Assembly: GCA_000320545.1 (NCBI GenBank)
Contig: ADNK01001131.1
Coordinates: forward strand, 1 to 64,000
Direction: 5' to 3'
Length of the DNA stretch: 64,000 bases
Source of the DNA: Bigelowiella natans CCMP2755
Taxonomy: Eukaryota; Protista; Cercozoa
Made by a program: the position numbers and the translations under genes. Position 1 is the stretch's first letter, and every line of letters starts with the position of its first letter. The notes beneath the pieces are model-generated. The model searched no databases. It had not been told where the DNA came from and saw nothing but the letters and a program-made list of their open reading frames with translations. Shown here piece by piece: positions 13,681-27,859 of the stretch.

Positions 13681-13810
13681 GTTATTCTGTTAGTTAGTTA
13701 GTTAGTTATTCTGTTCGCATCCTTGTTTTTTCACAAAGTGATTAACAACAGTTAGTTAGTTAGTTAGTGTTGGTTAGGTTTATTCTGTTCGCATCCTTGA
13801 CTTCCCAGCC
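13681..13810. repeat. Two tandem copies of a dispersed (GTTA)n-TTCTGTTCGCATCCTTG(ACTTCCCAGC) repeat
   Basis: Cores at ~13709 and ~13783; the same 27-mer recurs at 46863 and, with 2 mismatches, at 46956. Confidence 0.85.
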
Positions 13811-14210
13811 AACAACAGAACAACAACAACAACAACAACAGCTTGCCAACAAACACATCCTCGCTCCACCCCCTGGTTCGGCAAGGCAAAGGTAAGACAA
13901 GGCAACGACCGCTCTCCCGATTCGAAGGTTCCTTCTGCTGCAAATATATGTTCGTGTTTGACTTTTGCAGCGTGTTGTTCGAGGGGCAGAAGAGGCTCGG
14001 CTACTATGATGCCTGGAAGAGCGTGCATGTGATGAGCGTGACGTGAAGAATGATCAGAAATACTCCTCCTCTATTAATTAGTGCGCGCATCAGCAACAGC
14101 ATAACTTGAGGTTGTTAGTCGTAATATTAGGAATGATGACGTCGTTATTTACTATTACTAGTCGTGTGTATCATCATAGATTGTTGCCGAACTCGTAGCT
14201 ACGTGCGATA

Positions 14211-14330
14211 ATGCTGGCGTTTAAAACTTCCGTTTGGCTGAGGAGTTTTTGGAGACAGAATGCACGTCGTGTGGTACCAACCCCCTCTTTCTTTCACCCT
14301 TTTATTTCTCTCCCTAGACTGTTGCAAATG

Positions 14331-14361
<31 letters not shown>

Positions 14362-15089
14362 TGATGCTGATGCTGCTGCTGCTGCTGCTGCTGCCACGTG
14401 ATAAAAAAATCAATGATCCTCCCTAACCAACAGGTAGCATCATCATCATCATCATCGTCGTCGTCGTCGTCGTCATCACTACCTCCAATTGGATGGTCTG
14501 GACAACAAAGGAGACTGGCTGGTCACTCGAAATGTAAGTCGAAGAGATGTTATTTTTCGCATTCTTCTTGCATACTGTAACTTTGAACAACCAAATCTGT
14601 TTCATAACAAATAAAAGTACTGTTGAATCGACTATAAGGGCCGTTCTTGTACATTGCATGAGATTCAATTTCGCCTGTTCGAATCAGGGGCTAATATCCA
14701 GCACAGAAAAAAAGCACAAGATAATAAACGGAACAAATATTTCAACAAAATGTCGAAAGCAATCATGGCGGCTGCAAAAGGTAGATTCCATGAAATTGGG
14801 TACTAACGAAGATGTTGATTAGTATTAATACTGATCTAATATGCTCTTAGAAGGAGAGGAAAGTGTGAATCCAAGGTAGTAGTAGTAGTAGTAGTAGGAG
14901 GAGGAGGAGGAGGAGGAGGAGGTCTACAAGAATAAGATGCTACTACTCTTGCACATTGAGAATAAGGGTCGCGATCACCAATATTAATTGTGGAGTGGTA
15001 ATAATGTTGCTCCACATTTAGGCTTCGAAGTCTGATATTGGAAGCCAAGTAACGATATCTTATGTATATTAATAGTATATATATTTTTT

Positions 15090-15126
<37 letters not shown>

Positions 15127-16669
15127 TGATATATGTTTGCCTGGTGGGGCATTCACTTCCGTCGGAATTTATATCTATAAATCCGCAACTAATCTCTCTT
15201 CAAGATATGCACCTTATCATTAATAAGCGGTTTCTATGTTGTGTTGCAACAAGCAGCCAGTCAGCAACTTCATACCATTACTACTACTACTACTACTACT
15301 ACTACTGTTTATGCTCTTGCCTCCTCACCTTCACTCGCTACCACTGTAGAATATGTATAGCCTTTGGTAATACATGTTCTATTTTGCAAGAGCTGATCTT
15401 TTTACAATGGCATACATGTTTACTAGGCGCAGCGGAGTTCCAAAAGACAACATACAGAAAGCAGTCGATAAGGTTGTAGCTAGTTCCGTTTGCATAAATC
15501 GTCTTTGATTGTTCTCCTTCTAAGATGCATTGTCATCCATATGAAATGCACCAAGAGCGCTCTCCCTACGCATATAATGCATGATTACATCTATCTAAGG
15601 GTTTGAACGCTGTCAACGGTCAAGGCGATCAGTTTGAGGAAGTAGTGTATGAGGGATATGGACCAGGTGCTGCTAATGCTGCTGCTGTTATGCGTAAGTC
15701 GGTAGGGAGAGTAACAGGCAGTAGTAGCACTACTTGCGGTAGGAGCAACAATATCGAATAAAGAATATTTCAAGGAAGAAAAGCGTCATCATCATTTTAG
15801 TCATTTCTGATACCATTTGTTGTTTTCCGTTCCTTTGTTGTTGTTGTTGCCAAAGGTGGGATTGCAGTAATGGTGGAAACATTGACGGATAACAGAAACC
15901 GAACGCCAGCAGAACTCAGGTTGATTACAATCGCATGCGCCGTTCTTTGGGCATATGATGAGAAGTTTCCCCTTTAAATGTTTGTATATTTTTTTCTGAT
16001 CATGAAGAAGAAAAGGAAGAAGAAGAATAGTGAAAGTATATTTTAAGTTGTCAGTACATGAAATAACATATATCAACATTCAACCTTTTTTGTTCGTCTT
16101 GGACAAATATGTGGATGATATACTGCACCAGGCACATTTTCGACAAGAACGGTGGAAATATGGTATCATACTACTTTCAGTTGCTTTATCATCACTTGTT
16201 CGATAATTGCATCATCATCATCATCATCATTATCATCATCATAATCTCTAGTCCGGATCTGTTTCTTGGATATTCACCCGAAAAGCACGTATAGAGGTAC
16301 TACTACTTCTATGTGTATGGGTCATAGTGGCAGTAGCAGCAGTAGTAGCAGTAGCATCAGTTCCAATGGAAAATAAGAAAGAAATCAATACTACGACATA
16401 ATTATTACACTATCTACAACATCAGCCCCCTGAAGAGTACCTCGTAGCTGCAGTCTTACTTCCTAGACACGCAATCATCCTTGATGGTTTTTTCGTTCCT
16501 TGGCCTATATTTGGCCAGCTTTTACACAATGACTGTTACTCTTGCTAGTTTTCCTACTATTTACCACTGCATTGAAATTAAGTGCGAGTGCTGCTCATAA
16601 GGTTCCCTTGCTCACAACGGAATATGACGGTGATGATAATGCGAATAAACCTGAGGCGAAAGGTCATTA

Positions 16670-16703
<34 letters not shown>

Positions 16704-17750
16704 AGAAGAAGCAAAGTAACTACCAAAATTCGAACTCAGAAGGACGAATATAATATGGCGATGATCAGGATTTATCTGCAAGTGAAGAAAACGGTGATGA
16801 TTATGATGACGATGTTCCTCCTCCTTTAGATGAAGATGATAGCGTGGAGATGGAAGGAAAGGCATTGAGTGAGGATGAAATTATGGAAATAAGTCTTTCT
16901 CTTGGAGCTGAGGTAGGTTGTTCAGGGATAATAAGTGTATAAATAGAAGAGAACGATGATAATTTAGTGAATCTTAGATACGCAATGCGACAACGTCTTC
17001 CTACTGTCTGTCGAAATTTAAAACATTATTCCATATTGTTAAGATGATGGTGATGGTGATGATGATGATGATAATAATTTGCTTGTTTTTCTCAGGATAT
17101 AGAAGCTCACGAAGACATCAGAATAGCAGAAGTTTTTTGTGCCCCTGCTGATGTTAAGGTATTCAATTATCACCATCTACTTCTTCTTCCTCTCCTTCTT
17201 CTTCTACTATTACTACTCCTACTATGCCTTATTTACTCTCTATTTTTTCTTCTATACTTGTAAAATGATAGGAAGTCCAAAATGGTCTCGAGGAGGCTGT
17301 AGGGGTAGTAGAACTTCGAACGACGAATATCATCAAGATGTACATACTGCACATTTTATAGATATCTATTTTTTTTTTATATTGATATTTATATGTAAAA
17401 AGAAAAGATGAGCAAAAAGATGTGGGATGTAACATTTAAGAAAGCAGTTGTCGTCGAATTCTAATAGGAAGGTGCTGGGATATGAGGGTGCAATTTATTT
17501 GCTGAATTTAACAGGCTTCTTTAGGATTTCAGTTCGTTGCTATTCCAAATTCCAAAATATTATTGGCGTCAGAAGATGAGATAGAGCAATTCACAAGGTA
17601 GTGATGCCAAAACTCTCACATTATTCTTATAAAATGTAAACAATTCTGTGGCAACAACTAACTATCTTATTATTTCGTAGATTTTTGGAAGCAGTCGATG
17701 ATCAAGATGACGTCCAAACAATACACCATAACGCAGAATTAGGGGAGTGA
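14211..17750 (+). CDS. TACO1: YebC/PmpR/TACO1 family protein with probable mitochondrial presequence (multi-exon)
   Basis: AGHSK|WANIQHRK, VYEGYGP|GGIAVMVETLTDNRNRT, GSVSWIF, and DDQDDVQTIHHN before TGA at 17750; Arg-rich N-terminus MLAFKTSVWLRSFWRQNARR. Confidence 0.9.
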
Positions 17751-17819
17751 TTGAGTAGCAGAGTTGTTGGTGTTGTGGCATTGTTTAATATTGTTTAAAC
17801 TCAAAGATTTGGTTCAATG

Positions 17820-18430
17820 TGCAAGACAGCTAGAGGGAGCGTAGCTGCTAGTAGGCACATGCTCGAATGTTGCCATGATGATCGACAGGCACAGCGGCGC
17901 TATGTGCGAAACATGGCATTACATGCACATTCATCTATCGGCTTGTAGACATCAAGGTCTAGCTAGCTAGAGACCACTAGACCAAGCTGTGCACGACGTG
18001 TGTGGCAAGCTATATGCAAAGTGCATCTGGAGATATCTCAAATTAAGGATCGCCATCATGCTGCTAGCCATGGCTCAAGTTGGTCATTGAAATCGCATCA
18101 TGCAGCAATTACGCACAGCGAGACGACAGATACGATGTGATGTATAGATGAACAAATTGAATTCGTTTATGTTTAATCTAGCAATGTTCATTCTGACGTA
18201 GCTATGCAAACTAGCGCTGCTAGCAGCTAGCGAGCAAATATTATGCTAGCAAGCGATGCGAAGTTGTGCCGTAGGACCGCACTGTTTCTTGCCGTGCAGG
18301 AAAATGAATGTGCCCTAGCAACACTAGCATAGATATTCTCGAGCAAGATAGTGTCCATCATTCTCTAGTTGTAGCAAGCCGTCGGTCGGTGCTTTGTGTA
18401 AGAGCTATGCGCATGTTCAATTTTTGCACA
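17820..18430. other. CTAG/TGCA-rich island between convergent gene ends
   Basis: Repeated GCTAGC/CTAG, e.g. TCTAGCTAGCTAG at ~17958 and CTAGCGCTGCTAGCAGCTAGCG at ~18211. Confidence 0.65.
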
Positions 18431-18770
18431 TCATGCATGCATGGAATAACTAGGGGCTATATGATTGATCTACGTGATATTGATTATATTGCTTTACATG
18501 CATAATAGTATACAAGGAATAAGACGTGTGGAACGGGCTAGCTTACAAATTGTGACAGAGAGCAGGGCAATTGCTCCTGTTCCGCTTCAAGTTGTTGAAA
18601 CACTAACCAAACGGTTGCATTAATTTATTTTGAGGGACGATTGATGCTTATTTAGTTTCTGATAATTATAGATGGCAAAATGTCAGTATCTCCCTCACAT
18701 TCTTAAAGGTTAATTCAACGCATTACCAATTTTTGGAGGATCACTTGATTTTGGAGCCGCTTCTTCTTTC

Positions 18771-19805
18771 TCACGAGCCATTTTAATCCAATCAACCTGC
18801 AAATGGGAGGAGGAGGGAGGAGAAATCGTGTTAGAAGATAAATTTTGACATAATTTGATCCATGTTTACTTCCTCGTCCTCGAAGTCGCACGCAGAGTCA
18901 AGCTCGATGATCCACGACATTTCTGGATCTTCTGGCGATTCTTTAAGGACCTACAATAGAATGATGTATAAATCATAATCGTATAATTCTCTGCTGTATG
19001 ACATATCCAGTAGCATTCATTTTATTCGAATTAACTACCGTAGGATTCTTCTTGAGAACTTCATTGCATTCAATCACCTCACCGGATATGGGAGACGATA
19101 CTGTGAAGGTACCGGATGGGCCCTCCTGTTTATGCGTGATAGTGTTCTATCGGTTAGAGGAAGGAGGGGGGGAAGGGAAGAGGAGAGCATAATATATTTA
19201 CTTTAAGTTTAAGCTTACCACCATCCCAAAAGGTTTTCCAGATGTTAAAATAGATCCTTCCGCACAAATATCAACGAATCTGGATTTTCACAATCAAGTA
19301 AGATTTGAGGATATATTTTTCGGAGTCGGTCGTCTGTCTCACCCAATTCCGCCAAGAGAATCTGCTAACTTTTTGGTCACCCCAACCCTATAAAGTCCAG
19401 TAGAGAGGCGCTGTTTACAGTTTCGGAGAAGCAACACGTGTTAGAAATACAAAATGAACTGCTCTATCTTAATTCAACATATCTCTCCACGGTGATGTTA
19501 AGATTGTGAGAAGTTCTTAGATTCTGTAGCACACAAAAAGCACCGCTAATAAATTGACCAGGGTAATAGCAATGTTATGATGTTTTGCAGAATGTGCATC
19601 AAAGATTCATTATTTACGGTCTTTGTGCATGTGTGTTTGTGTGTGTGTGTAGAAAGAATGTAGAATTGGTTGGCACCTGGACCCACATATCATCAGTTTG
19701 TTTTGTGGTTTCGGAGCTTTTGTAACGAATTGTAGGGAATCCCCTGAGAGCAACAGGCGCTGGGAAGGCAAATGCTCGACGCAACCTTTGTGCCCCTCCT
19801 TTCAA
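18771..19805 (-). CDS. Glycine cleavage H-protein-like paralogue without the lipoyl-lysine (start codon not resolved)
   Basis: Exons: TDDMWVQ|RLSTGLYRVGVTKKLADSLGGIG|FVDICAEGSILTSGKPFGMV|EGPSGTFTVSSPISGEVIECNEVLKKNPT|VLKESPEDPEMSWIIELD...; aligns with the GcvH pattern GITD..LGD..FG.VESVKA...SP.SGEV.E.N..L..NP. Confidence 0.75.
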
Positions 19806-20906
19806 CTATCATACCATTCGAAAGATTAAATTAAAGAACCTCTGCAAACTAAACAAAGAGGTATGTTCTGACAAAATAAGTCTCATTCCCGTATCCTACC
19901 AAACCCCCTCACGATTATCAGCTTGGCAACATTCTCTTTCTCATCCAACCCCGACCCACTAACCATTGGCGCTTGTCCAAGATGCGATTTCTGGTCTGAG
20001 ACGGCTCAAACTGAGGGAGGAAAATTAAGACTTCGATGTAGGTTGTCGTCCTGTTCAAATCATCTAGAATATTTGAATAATATTGATAAGCGACAACTAC
20101 CAATACGTTTCAAATTCTCGAAATCGGAGCATTTGTAATGCCGTATATTGCAGAAAAGTTCTACGAGAGAGTTGTCTGCTTCGTTTTGAATAAAGGTTCT
20201 ACTTACTTCTTGCGGCAATAATATTTCTTTGATTCAGGCAATAAAATAGGTCTACGACTTGCGGGAAAGTAAGAATTTTTTTAAGACCAAAATGAAGGGT
20301 TTGGTGGTTCGAACTTCACCGAGACCTGACTTATCCCAAAAATGCTTAGATTTGTGCGACTTCCATGGACTTCTACTGATCTAAAATCGCCTTCTGTGTT
20401 CATTTGAAGAAGGAATTTAGACCTAGAATTTTAGATCAAAGAAAATTCTATGAAAAATATTCTCTCCAATGCAGAGTTAAATGAATTCATTACAAGTCGT
20501 CCAATGCACATGCTCGTTTAACCTCTCATCATCCATGATACAAAAACTAGATCTAATATTTAAGTTTGCCAAGATCTAGTTTACAGGTTTTTTGAATGAA
20601 ATTTATTTCGGCCAGGTACATATGCACGGTATGCCATTGTGACTGTCCGAAGAGCGCATTTCTCTCGGATAACTTTTAGGTATATATACCATAAAATGAA
20701 GTGGACGCTCGGCATTTTTTACTTTGTTGGGGTACGTTGTGCCAGAAACAGGAGTATCTACTCCTAGTATTATTAGTGAGATTAAGTTGGGCTAAGCGAT
20801 ATTCGATCTTCTTCTTCTTCTTCTTCTTCTTCTTCTTTTTTCCTGGGAAGAATCTACGAAGCAGGCTCTCAGAAAAAGAAGCAGGGAGGACAAAAACAAA
20901 GCAAAG

Positions 20907-22896
20907 ATGTCGACGGCGAATGTTGCAGTCTGGGAATGGAGGGATGATTATGGATGGACACAGTAAATAATGTTCCTATTATATCATAGGAGCTGCTCGT
21001 TTCTCCGTCTAAAACATTGAAACTTCGTAGGTACGATGTAAAGACAGCATCGCAACTTGAAGCTGCTTACAAAACCAAGAGCATCAATGTGAGTCCTCTG
21101 TCATACTGATTGCTGAATTTGTTAAGAGAGAGAGACGGTGAGAAGCTAAAAGTAACATATAAACCACACATAAATGCATATATTTGTGTGTTTGTGTGTG
21201 TGTGTGTGTGACTAAGTGCATGCATAAATTTTTATTCCAATTTTTTGAAATGGGCTAAATATGTGTCATCTCATATAATCTAAGGTGAAATTGAAGCACG
21301 GATTTTTCGCAAAAACTTCGACAGTTTATCATGTAATTGCAGTGGGTGCGAGTGTTTGCGCCCTGATCGCCTCTACCTTCCATCCTTCTGCACTAACCCT
21401 TTCTTCAAATACATACTAGCATAGATATCCTCATTAAAACTTGCTCATGGCAAGTCTGTGCAGTATTGGACCGTATTGGACCGTTCGATATCCGTCGTAA
21501 CTTAACCCCCCCTGTTATTTTTTATGACATCCAGGTCGACATGAGCAGAAAGGGAAACTTTTATCAAATTAATGTCAAAACAAGTAATGAAGAGAGACAT
21601 CACACACAATATAAAATCAATCTGTTGTGTTGAATAATGAGATTGCTGTTCATGGTTTCTAATGACACGCTTCACTATTCGATACTTTTCATTCATTGTT
21701 ATCGGCAAACCTTCTTGCTTGTTGATCAGACTATAGGAGGGCAGTTCGGCGGCGTGTGACATTTCAGGGAGGACGAGGACGAGGACGAGGACAAGGACAA
21801 GGAAGGGGTGGTAATTTTGGCTTTGGTGGTGGAAGTGGACGAGGAATAGGAAGGGGCGGAGGAATCACGAATGTAGGAGGATTTGGAGGATTTGGAGGGG
21901 GAGGGATAACGGGCATTCCTCCTTCATCATCGTCGTCATTAGCATCATCCAGTACGTACCGTTTGATGATAGCCAGAGGATGATCAGAGAGAATAGCACC
22001 AGCAACTTTGTAGTACCAGTAGTAGTTGTAGTAGCAGTAGTAGTAGTAGTAGTAGTGTGATGTTGTTTCCATATGTGACCTCCTTCCAAGCACCGTTTGA
22101 CAATTGATCACATATGCAGCAACTGTAGGAGGAGGGGGTGGTGGTGGTGTATGGAGCTGGCAAGACGACTATGGTTGGAAGAAATACGACTTTAGCACGA
22201 GCCAAACCTTAGAAACAGCTTTGGTGTTCATGAATGCCAAGAATGTCTCATTGACTACCGGCTTCTTTGCTAAAAGGTTAGATATTCTTAGCTGCTGTTT
22301 ACATAATAATAAGCTTTAGTAGCAACGAATATATTATTGTGTGTTGTTTTTCCTACTGTATATTGCGTAGTCAATTATGCTTATCTGAGAAAATTCATGT
22401 ACTATTTTCGGAATAATTCATCATTGCAAACATCACTATTTTGTCATCTTGCGTGTGGTAACATATAGTCTTGACACATTTATTCATTTCTCATCTCCAT
22501 TCTTATCACCACCACTACCGCCACCACCATCTTCATCATTATCATCATCATCATCATGATAATCTAAGTGTGTGTCACCATCATAGGCCCTATTATCGTG
22601 TAGAGTTTGCTCCACAGGGAATGTACCAACTCAACACATCTACTGGATACCGCAGAAACGTAACGAATAGTACTAGTAGTAGTAGTAGTAGTAGTAGTAA
22701 TAGTAGTAGTAGAAGAAGAAGCACGTGGTCGACAACACATCGTAGTCGTTTTGCCACCTTCTCCTCCTTTAGCCACCACATTGATTCCTAATCATAAAAC
22801 GACATTGCAGCACATAGTTATCATCCATCACCTATCGATGCATGCATATAATAGTGACATCATTCCTTCCTTCCTTCCTCTCTTCTTCCTTCCTTC

Positions 22897-22932
<36 letters not shown>

Positions 22933-24715
22933 TATTCATCGATATGGTCTTCATCATCGTCAGGTTCGTCGCCATAGCGCTGCTGGGGTACAATACACTC
23001 CTTCCGACGTCAAGAAAGCACTAACTCTCTCCTCAAAGAAACAAAAAGCTTCTTCTCCTCACGTTCCAGCAGTACCAGCATCGTTGTCGTCATCGTCAGC
23101 ATCAACATCTTTATCATCAAAAGGAGGAGGAGGAGGAGGAGGAGGAGGAGGAGGAGGCAATTCGTTATATAGTTGGCCATCCCATCTTCCAAAGCACCTT
23201 CAATTTCCAACAAACAGCGGTAGCAGTAGCATTAACAACTCAGGTCCTTTCTCTTCAACAACGACCAGTAGTATTAGTGGTAATAAAAGGGCTGTTGCTT
23301 CAATATTACCGAAGGCAAAGGCATTAGTATTATTCGACAAGGCGTACGTGCTAGGGCCCTCTGCCAGAAAATCTCCTTCATCAGCAGCCAAGCAGCGTAA
23401 CACAAGCGACGATTCCAAAGCTCTGCAGAACTCCGATCATATGATTAAAACAATGCTGAAAGACACCGTCAAAGGAGTAGAAACAATGCGTGGCCAACGT
23501 GGACAAAAGACTGTCACACAGATGCTGCAGTTCGCGTATGTGAGAATTCAATACAATAATAATTCATTTCAATAAGTGAATGGTTGTGTGTGTGTGAGAG
23601 AGAGAGAGGGGGGGGGGGGGTCATGGAGACGACATCTTAAACAAAGAAGGGTGAAAAGAGTTGACACCTGCTGCCTCTACTTTCCTGGAACATACTTGTA
23701 TGTGCTTCTTTAATCATCGTTTCACTCATCTGATGCTGTACTATGATGCTGTACTACCACGTTTTACCGCCACACTACTACAACTACTACATGATGATAA
23801 TGATAATCACAATAATAATAATAATGATAATAGTAAGATGATGATGATGATTATTGATGTGATCAGATACAAAAATGGCCTTTTTATGCACGGTGCAGTT
23901 AATTCACCTGTCAACCAGCTTGTAGTTCCAGCGTTACGATATGTTATCAACTGGTGCTACAAAACGCACACAAAGGCCAAACAAGGCGGCGGCGACGATA
24001 GGCTTAAGAAGGAGCATATCTTAAACACCCTTGCTGATGCGTGTTTAGATTGTCAGCAAGTCCAAGCTCGAGAAATGTTACGATTATTTAGAGAACTCAC
24101 CAACCAGGCACAGACCTTAGAGCTGCAAATATCAGGATACCTGAATACGCTGAAAGAGGGTGCTATTGACCTTTTGATTTCCCTTAAGCACTCTCCTTTA
24201 TGCGACCAAGATCACAAGACAGCACGTCCGGGACAACAAAGACCGCATCTTCGCAGCGCGTATGTCGCAATGGCGGGGGATTTAATGTACTACAACACGT
24301 CTTACACACACACACACACACGCGCGCGCGCACACTTAAGATTGTGATGAGGTTGTTGATAATGATGATTCTTGTTTTTTCTCTTCTTCTGTTTGTTTTG
24401 TAACTAACACAAGGGGCATGCACGACACTCTCCCGTCCAAAAACGATCGATTCCTCTATGATGCTAAGAGTGAGGTGCAGAGGATTCTTGGGACAAATAA
24501 TGGCCAGTTTCTAGCGAATCAGATCTTGCACTCCATCAATCCAAACACACTCTTCAACGGGCTTTTAACCGACATAAATAATCAGAGTCCTACTGCAGAC
24601 AGAACAATTGACCGCAGGGTAATGACTGATTCTCCTTATCCTCCTCCTCTTCCCCACTGTTCTTGTCATTTGTTAGAGTTATAACTGTGTTGGTAGTGGC
24701 AATTACGATGACAAC

Positions 24716-24747
<32 letters not shown>

Positions 24748-24976
24748 CAAAATTGGCTTTGATGTGCTATTCTTAGATTGTATTCAAATGGGCGCAGAAA
24801 GGCAAGATGAAAAATCCGCATCATGTATTTTACGACGAAGAGAGAGAAGATGAATTCAAGGATCAAACGCCTTCAAAACCCAACGAGGAAAACATGTAAT
24901 ATACACATTACAACAGCGGCAGCAGCACTGAGCGACATGCCTTGTATTGTCCAAAACGTTATTGATTTATGTATAC

Positions 24977-25011
<35 letters not shown>

Positions 25012-25746
25012 ATGCATATATATATATATTGATGCATATATCCGTGGAATATTATTGTTATTAGCTATTAGAAGATGATAGGAAAAACAACGGCATCTTC
25101 CTTCAAGAGAAGGACGATGAGGATCTGCATGATGGAGCAAATTCTTGTGATAAGATGATATTAGATATAATCAACATACGTATGATTTCCCTGATGTTCT
25201 TCCCATTCCTCCATTATCATAAAGGTTTCAACCATTCCTCTCGAAGAAGATTTTGCTGGAACTGCTCATTTCAATGGATTTCCTACAACATGATCCCTCA
25301 TACAGTGGTGATGACGAGAAAGCAGAGGGGGGGGGCGTGAAGACTATCGAGGAGGCGCCAACGAAGGGAAATAGCAAAACAGATCCTGAAGTGATGAAAC
25401 TGAAGAATTGGTTGAGTGGTAAGATCAACCACAATGCTATTGAGATCCTGGAAAAGGTAGTAGCAGTAGTAGCTGTATATTGAGTTGTAATAATGACACC
25501 CTACTACTAATAATATTACTACATGGAACCACCCCATCACCCTACCCATGTAGCAGCATGTTCGTAATAATATATCAGCATCACCTGCCTTGTGGAAGCA
25601 GCCATTGCTTATATTTCTTGATGACGTCTCAGGCTGGAATTACAAAAGAAAAGTTCGCAAATATGGACAAACTCGCGTTTATGAAAATCGGTCTCAAAAT
25701 TGGACATGCGGTCCAAGCCTCAAAGCTGAAATTGGAGCTTGCTTGA
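20907..25746 (+). CDS. Tandem WWE-domain protein with an uncharacterised helical central domain and a C-terminal SAM-like domain
   Basis: VWEWRDDYGWTQ|YDVKTASQLEAAY and VWSWQDDYGWKKYDFSTSQTLE...MYQLNTSTG (WWE); C-terminus LKNWLSGK...ILEK|AGITKEKFANMDKLAFMKIGLKIGHA (SAM-like). Confidence 0.7.
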
Positions 25747-26500
25747 TGTTCTTGGATTAATCAATGATGTAGAAGTAGTAGTGGTAGTAGTAGCAGTAGT
25801 AGTAGTAATACTGCTAGCAGTTAGATGTCTAGAATAAGTATCACATCAATCATCAGCCAGTATTACCAGTTTTTTACGTAAAACCTCAACATAGATTGCG
25901 CCCATTTGCAATAACACATCTGTGCAAGGTTGTCAAATGTCTAGTGTACTTATAGGTCATGCACGTAAAGTTGTGTACGTTGCTGTGGTCGAACTAGCGA
26001 ATAAGCAGTGTATGTGCTCACACGATCGAAGAGTTATAGAGTATGTTTATACATAGAAAAATATCTACTAGCGGCACGTACACACGCTGTATATCTAAAT
26101 ACAAAGTGCAATGAATCGAATAACTAACTGATGGTGCTGAGTGTAGCGCGAACAAGCGCCAAAAAAACGCTGCATGCTGATGCAAAGGAATGCAAAAGAT
26201 ATAGCTAGCCTTCGATTTTGCTGTCGTCTGCATAGTAATTATTGAATGCATGCCGTGTTGTATGTATCTTCTGGTGTACTCATGTTTTCACAAGCGACAA
26301 AGTGTGAAATGCAAGTAAACTATTGGATGTAGCGATAATGTATGCAAGCTACAAAGCGACGTGCATTTGAGTGGATTATCTACGATCTAAATTACAGCGG
26401 CGCGCATTACGCCAAACTATAGATGAAGGCTCCTGCCCAGCAGCAGATATGTCTTGAATGATGATGATGTTACTCATAACTTCGAAGAAAAGCAAGTAAT

Positions 26501-26709
26501 TTAGTTGGTTGAAATCTCGCCTACGTATTGAAAGCCATTGTTGGTTTCGTCCCTCTGCATACTCTTGTCGCATGAAGTGCCATTATTCTGTGAATCAGCA
26601 GCGTTGTTGTTGGGATCTGGGAATTCCGAGTCGATTGTTAAAGCAACCATGTCAGCAACCTGGCAGCACGGAAAAAGAGCCCACACGTACACCACTCATT
26701 AACGATGTA

Positions 26710-26742
<33 letters not shown>

Positions 26743-27461
26743 GTGATGATAACGATGATGTGCTTTTTCGTATTCAGACGGTAGTAATTTTACTTCGACT
26801 CGAAGCCAGAAGAAACAAAGACATGCTCTCATCGTAAGATATTAGTAGTTGCGAACCATTTTTGCAACCAGATCGTTTGAAGTTCCAGGCGTGAGATTGA
26901 CCTGAACCACATTACAACAATATCATCATCATCATCATCATCATCATCAACAACAGAATAGAAGTAAGTAGTAGCTGCCAATTTAGTCGATGATGATGGA
27001 TGATACCCAGAGTTTTGAGCATGGTAGGGGGATATGCATGTGTGTGGGTATATGTAGATCTCAAACTTCTAGTAATACGCCGACCTCCAGTAGCCGCACA
27101 TTTCCATCTTCAGTTATGACAAAATCGTAACCGAGAATTTGGTAAGCTTGGCACGGCTACAAACGGATATTATTCAGATTTGATTTCGAAGCAAAGATAG
27201 GTAGCAAAACATGCTATTCCTACTTAGCTACTACTACTACTACTTCTTACTAATACACCGATCATCGTCTTATTATCAGATAGATTCTCTTCCTCAAAGG
27301 AGTACTCTAGAGACAAGTAGTCCTCCGCTGCGACCAAACTACATACAAGTAGCACTCACACACATCAATATACTACTACTACTACTACTACCTGTGGGAG
27401 CAACCAATCTGATATGCTGCGGAGAGTTGTAATCACGATTTTGTTTATCTCTGGAAGAACC

Positions 27462-27496
<35 letters not shown>

Positions 27497-27585
27497 TTAA
27501 TATAATCATTATTATTATTATTATACGGCAGTTTGATTCTAATCAATTGCTGAATCACGATCGATCTTTGAAATCACTCGTTCAT

Positions 27586-27626
<41 letters not shown>

Positions 27627-27818
27627 TGTATTGCAAACGACTGACTGCATCCATAGGCACACGCACAATACTATGACTACTACTAATAATGACAATAAAA
27701 TTAATACATGGTTTGCAACTGTGAGTCTTTTTCCATCAGGAAAACGTTTCTTCTTTAAGATCTCATCAAACTGTCTGATATTATAACGATATTGCGTAAG
27801 AGGAGGACTTCTGTTTTA

Positions 27819-27859
<41 letters not shown>

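Noticed and set aside
13681-13810. (GTTA)n as a telomeric repeat, or the repeat unit as a CRISPR array or spliced leader
   Set aside because: Not a TTAGGG-type repeat; no regular spacers or cas genes; no donor GT or Sm site that I can support.
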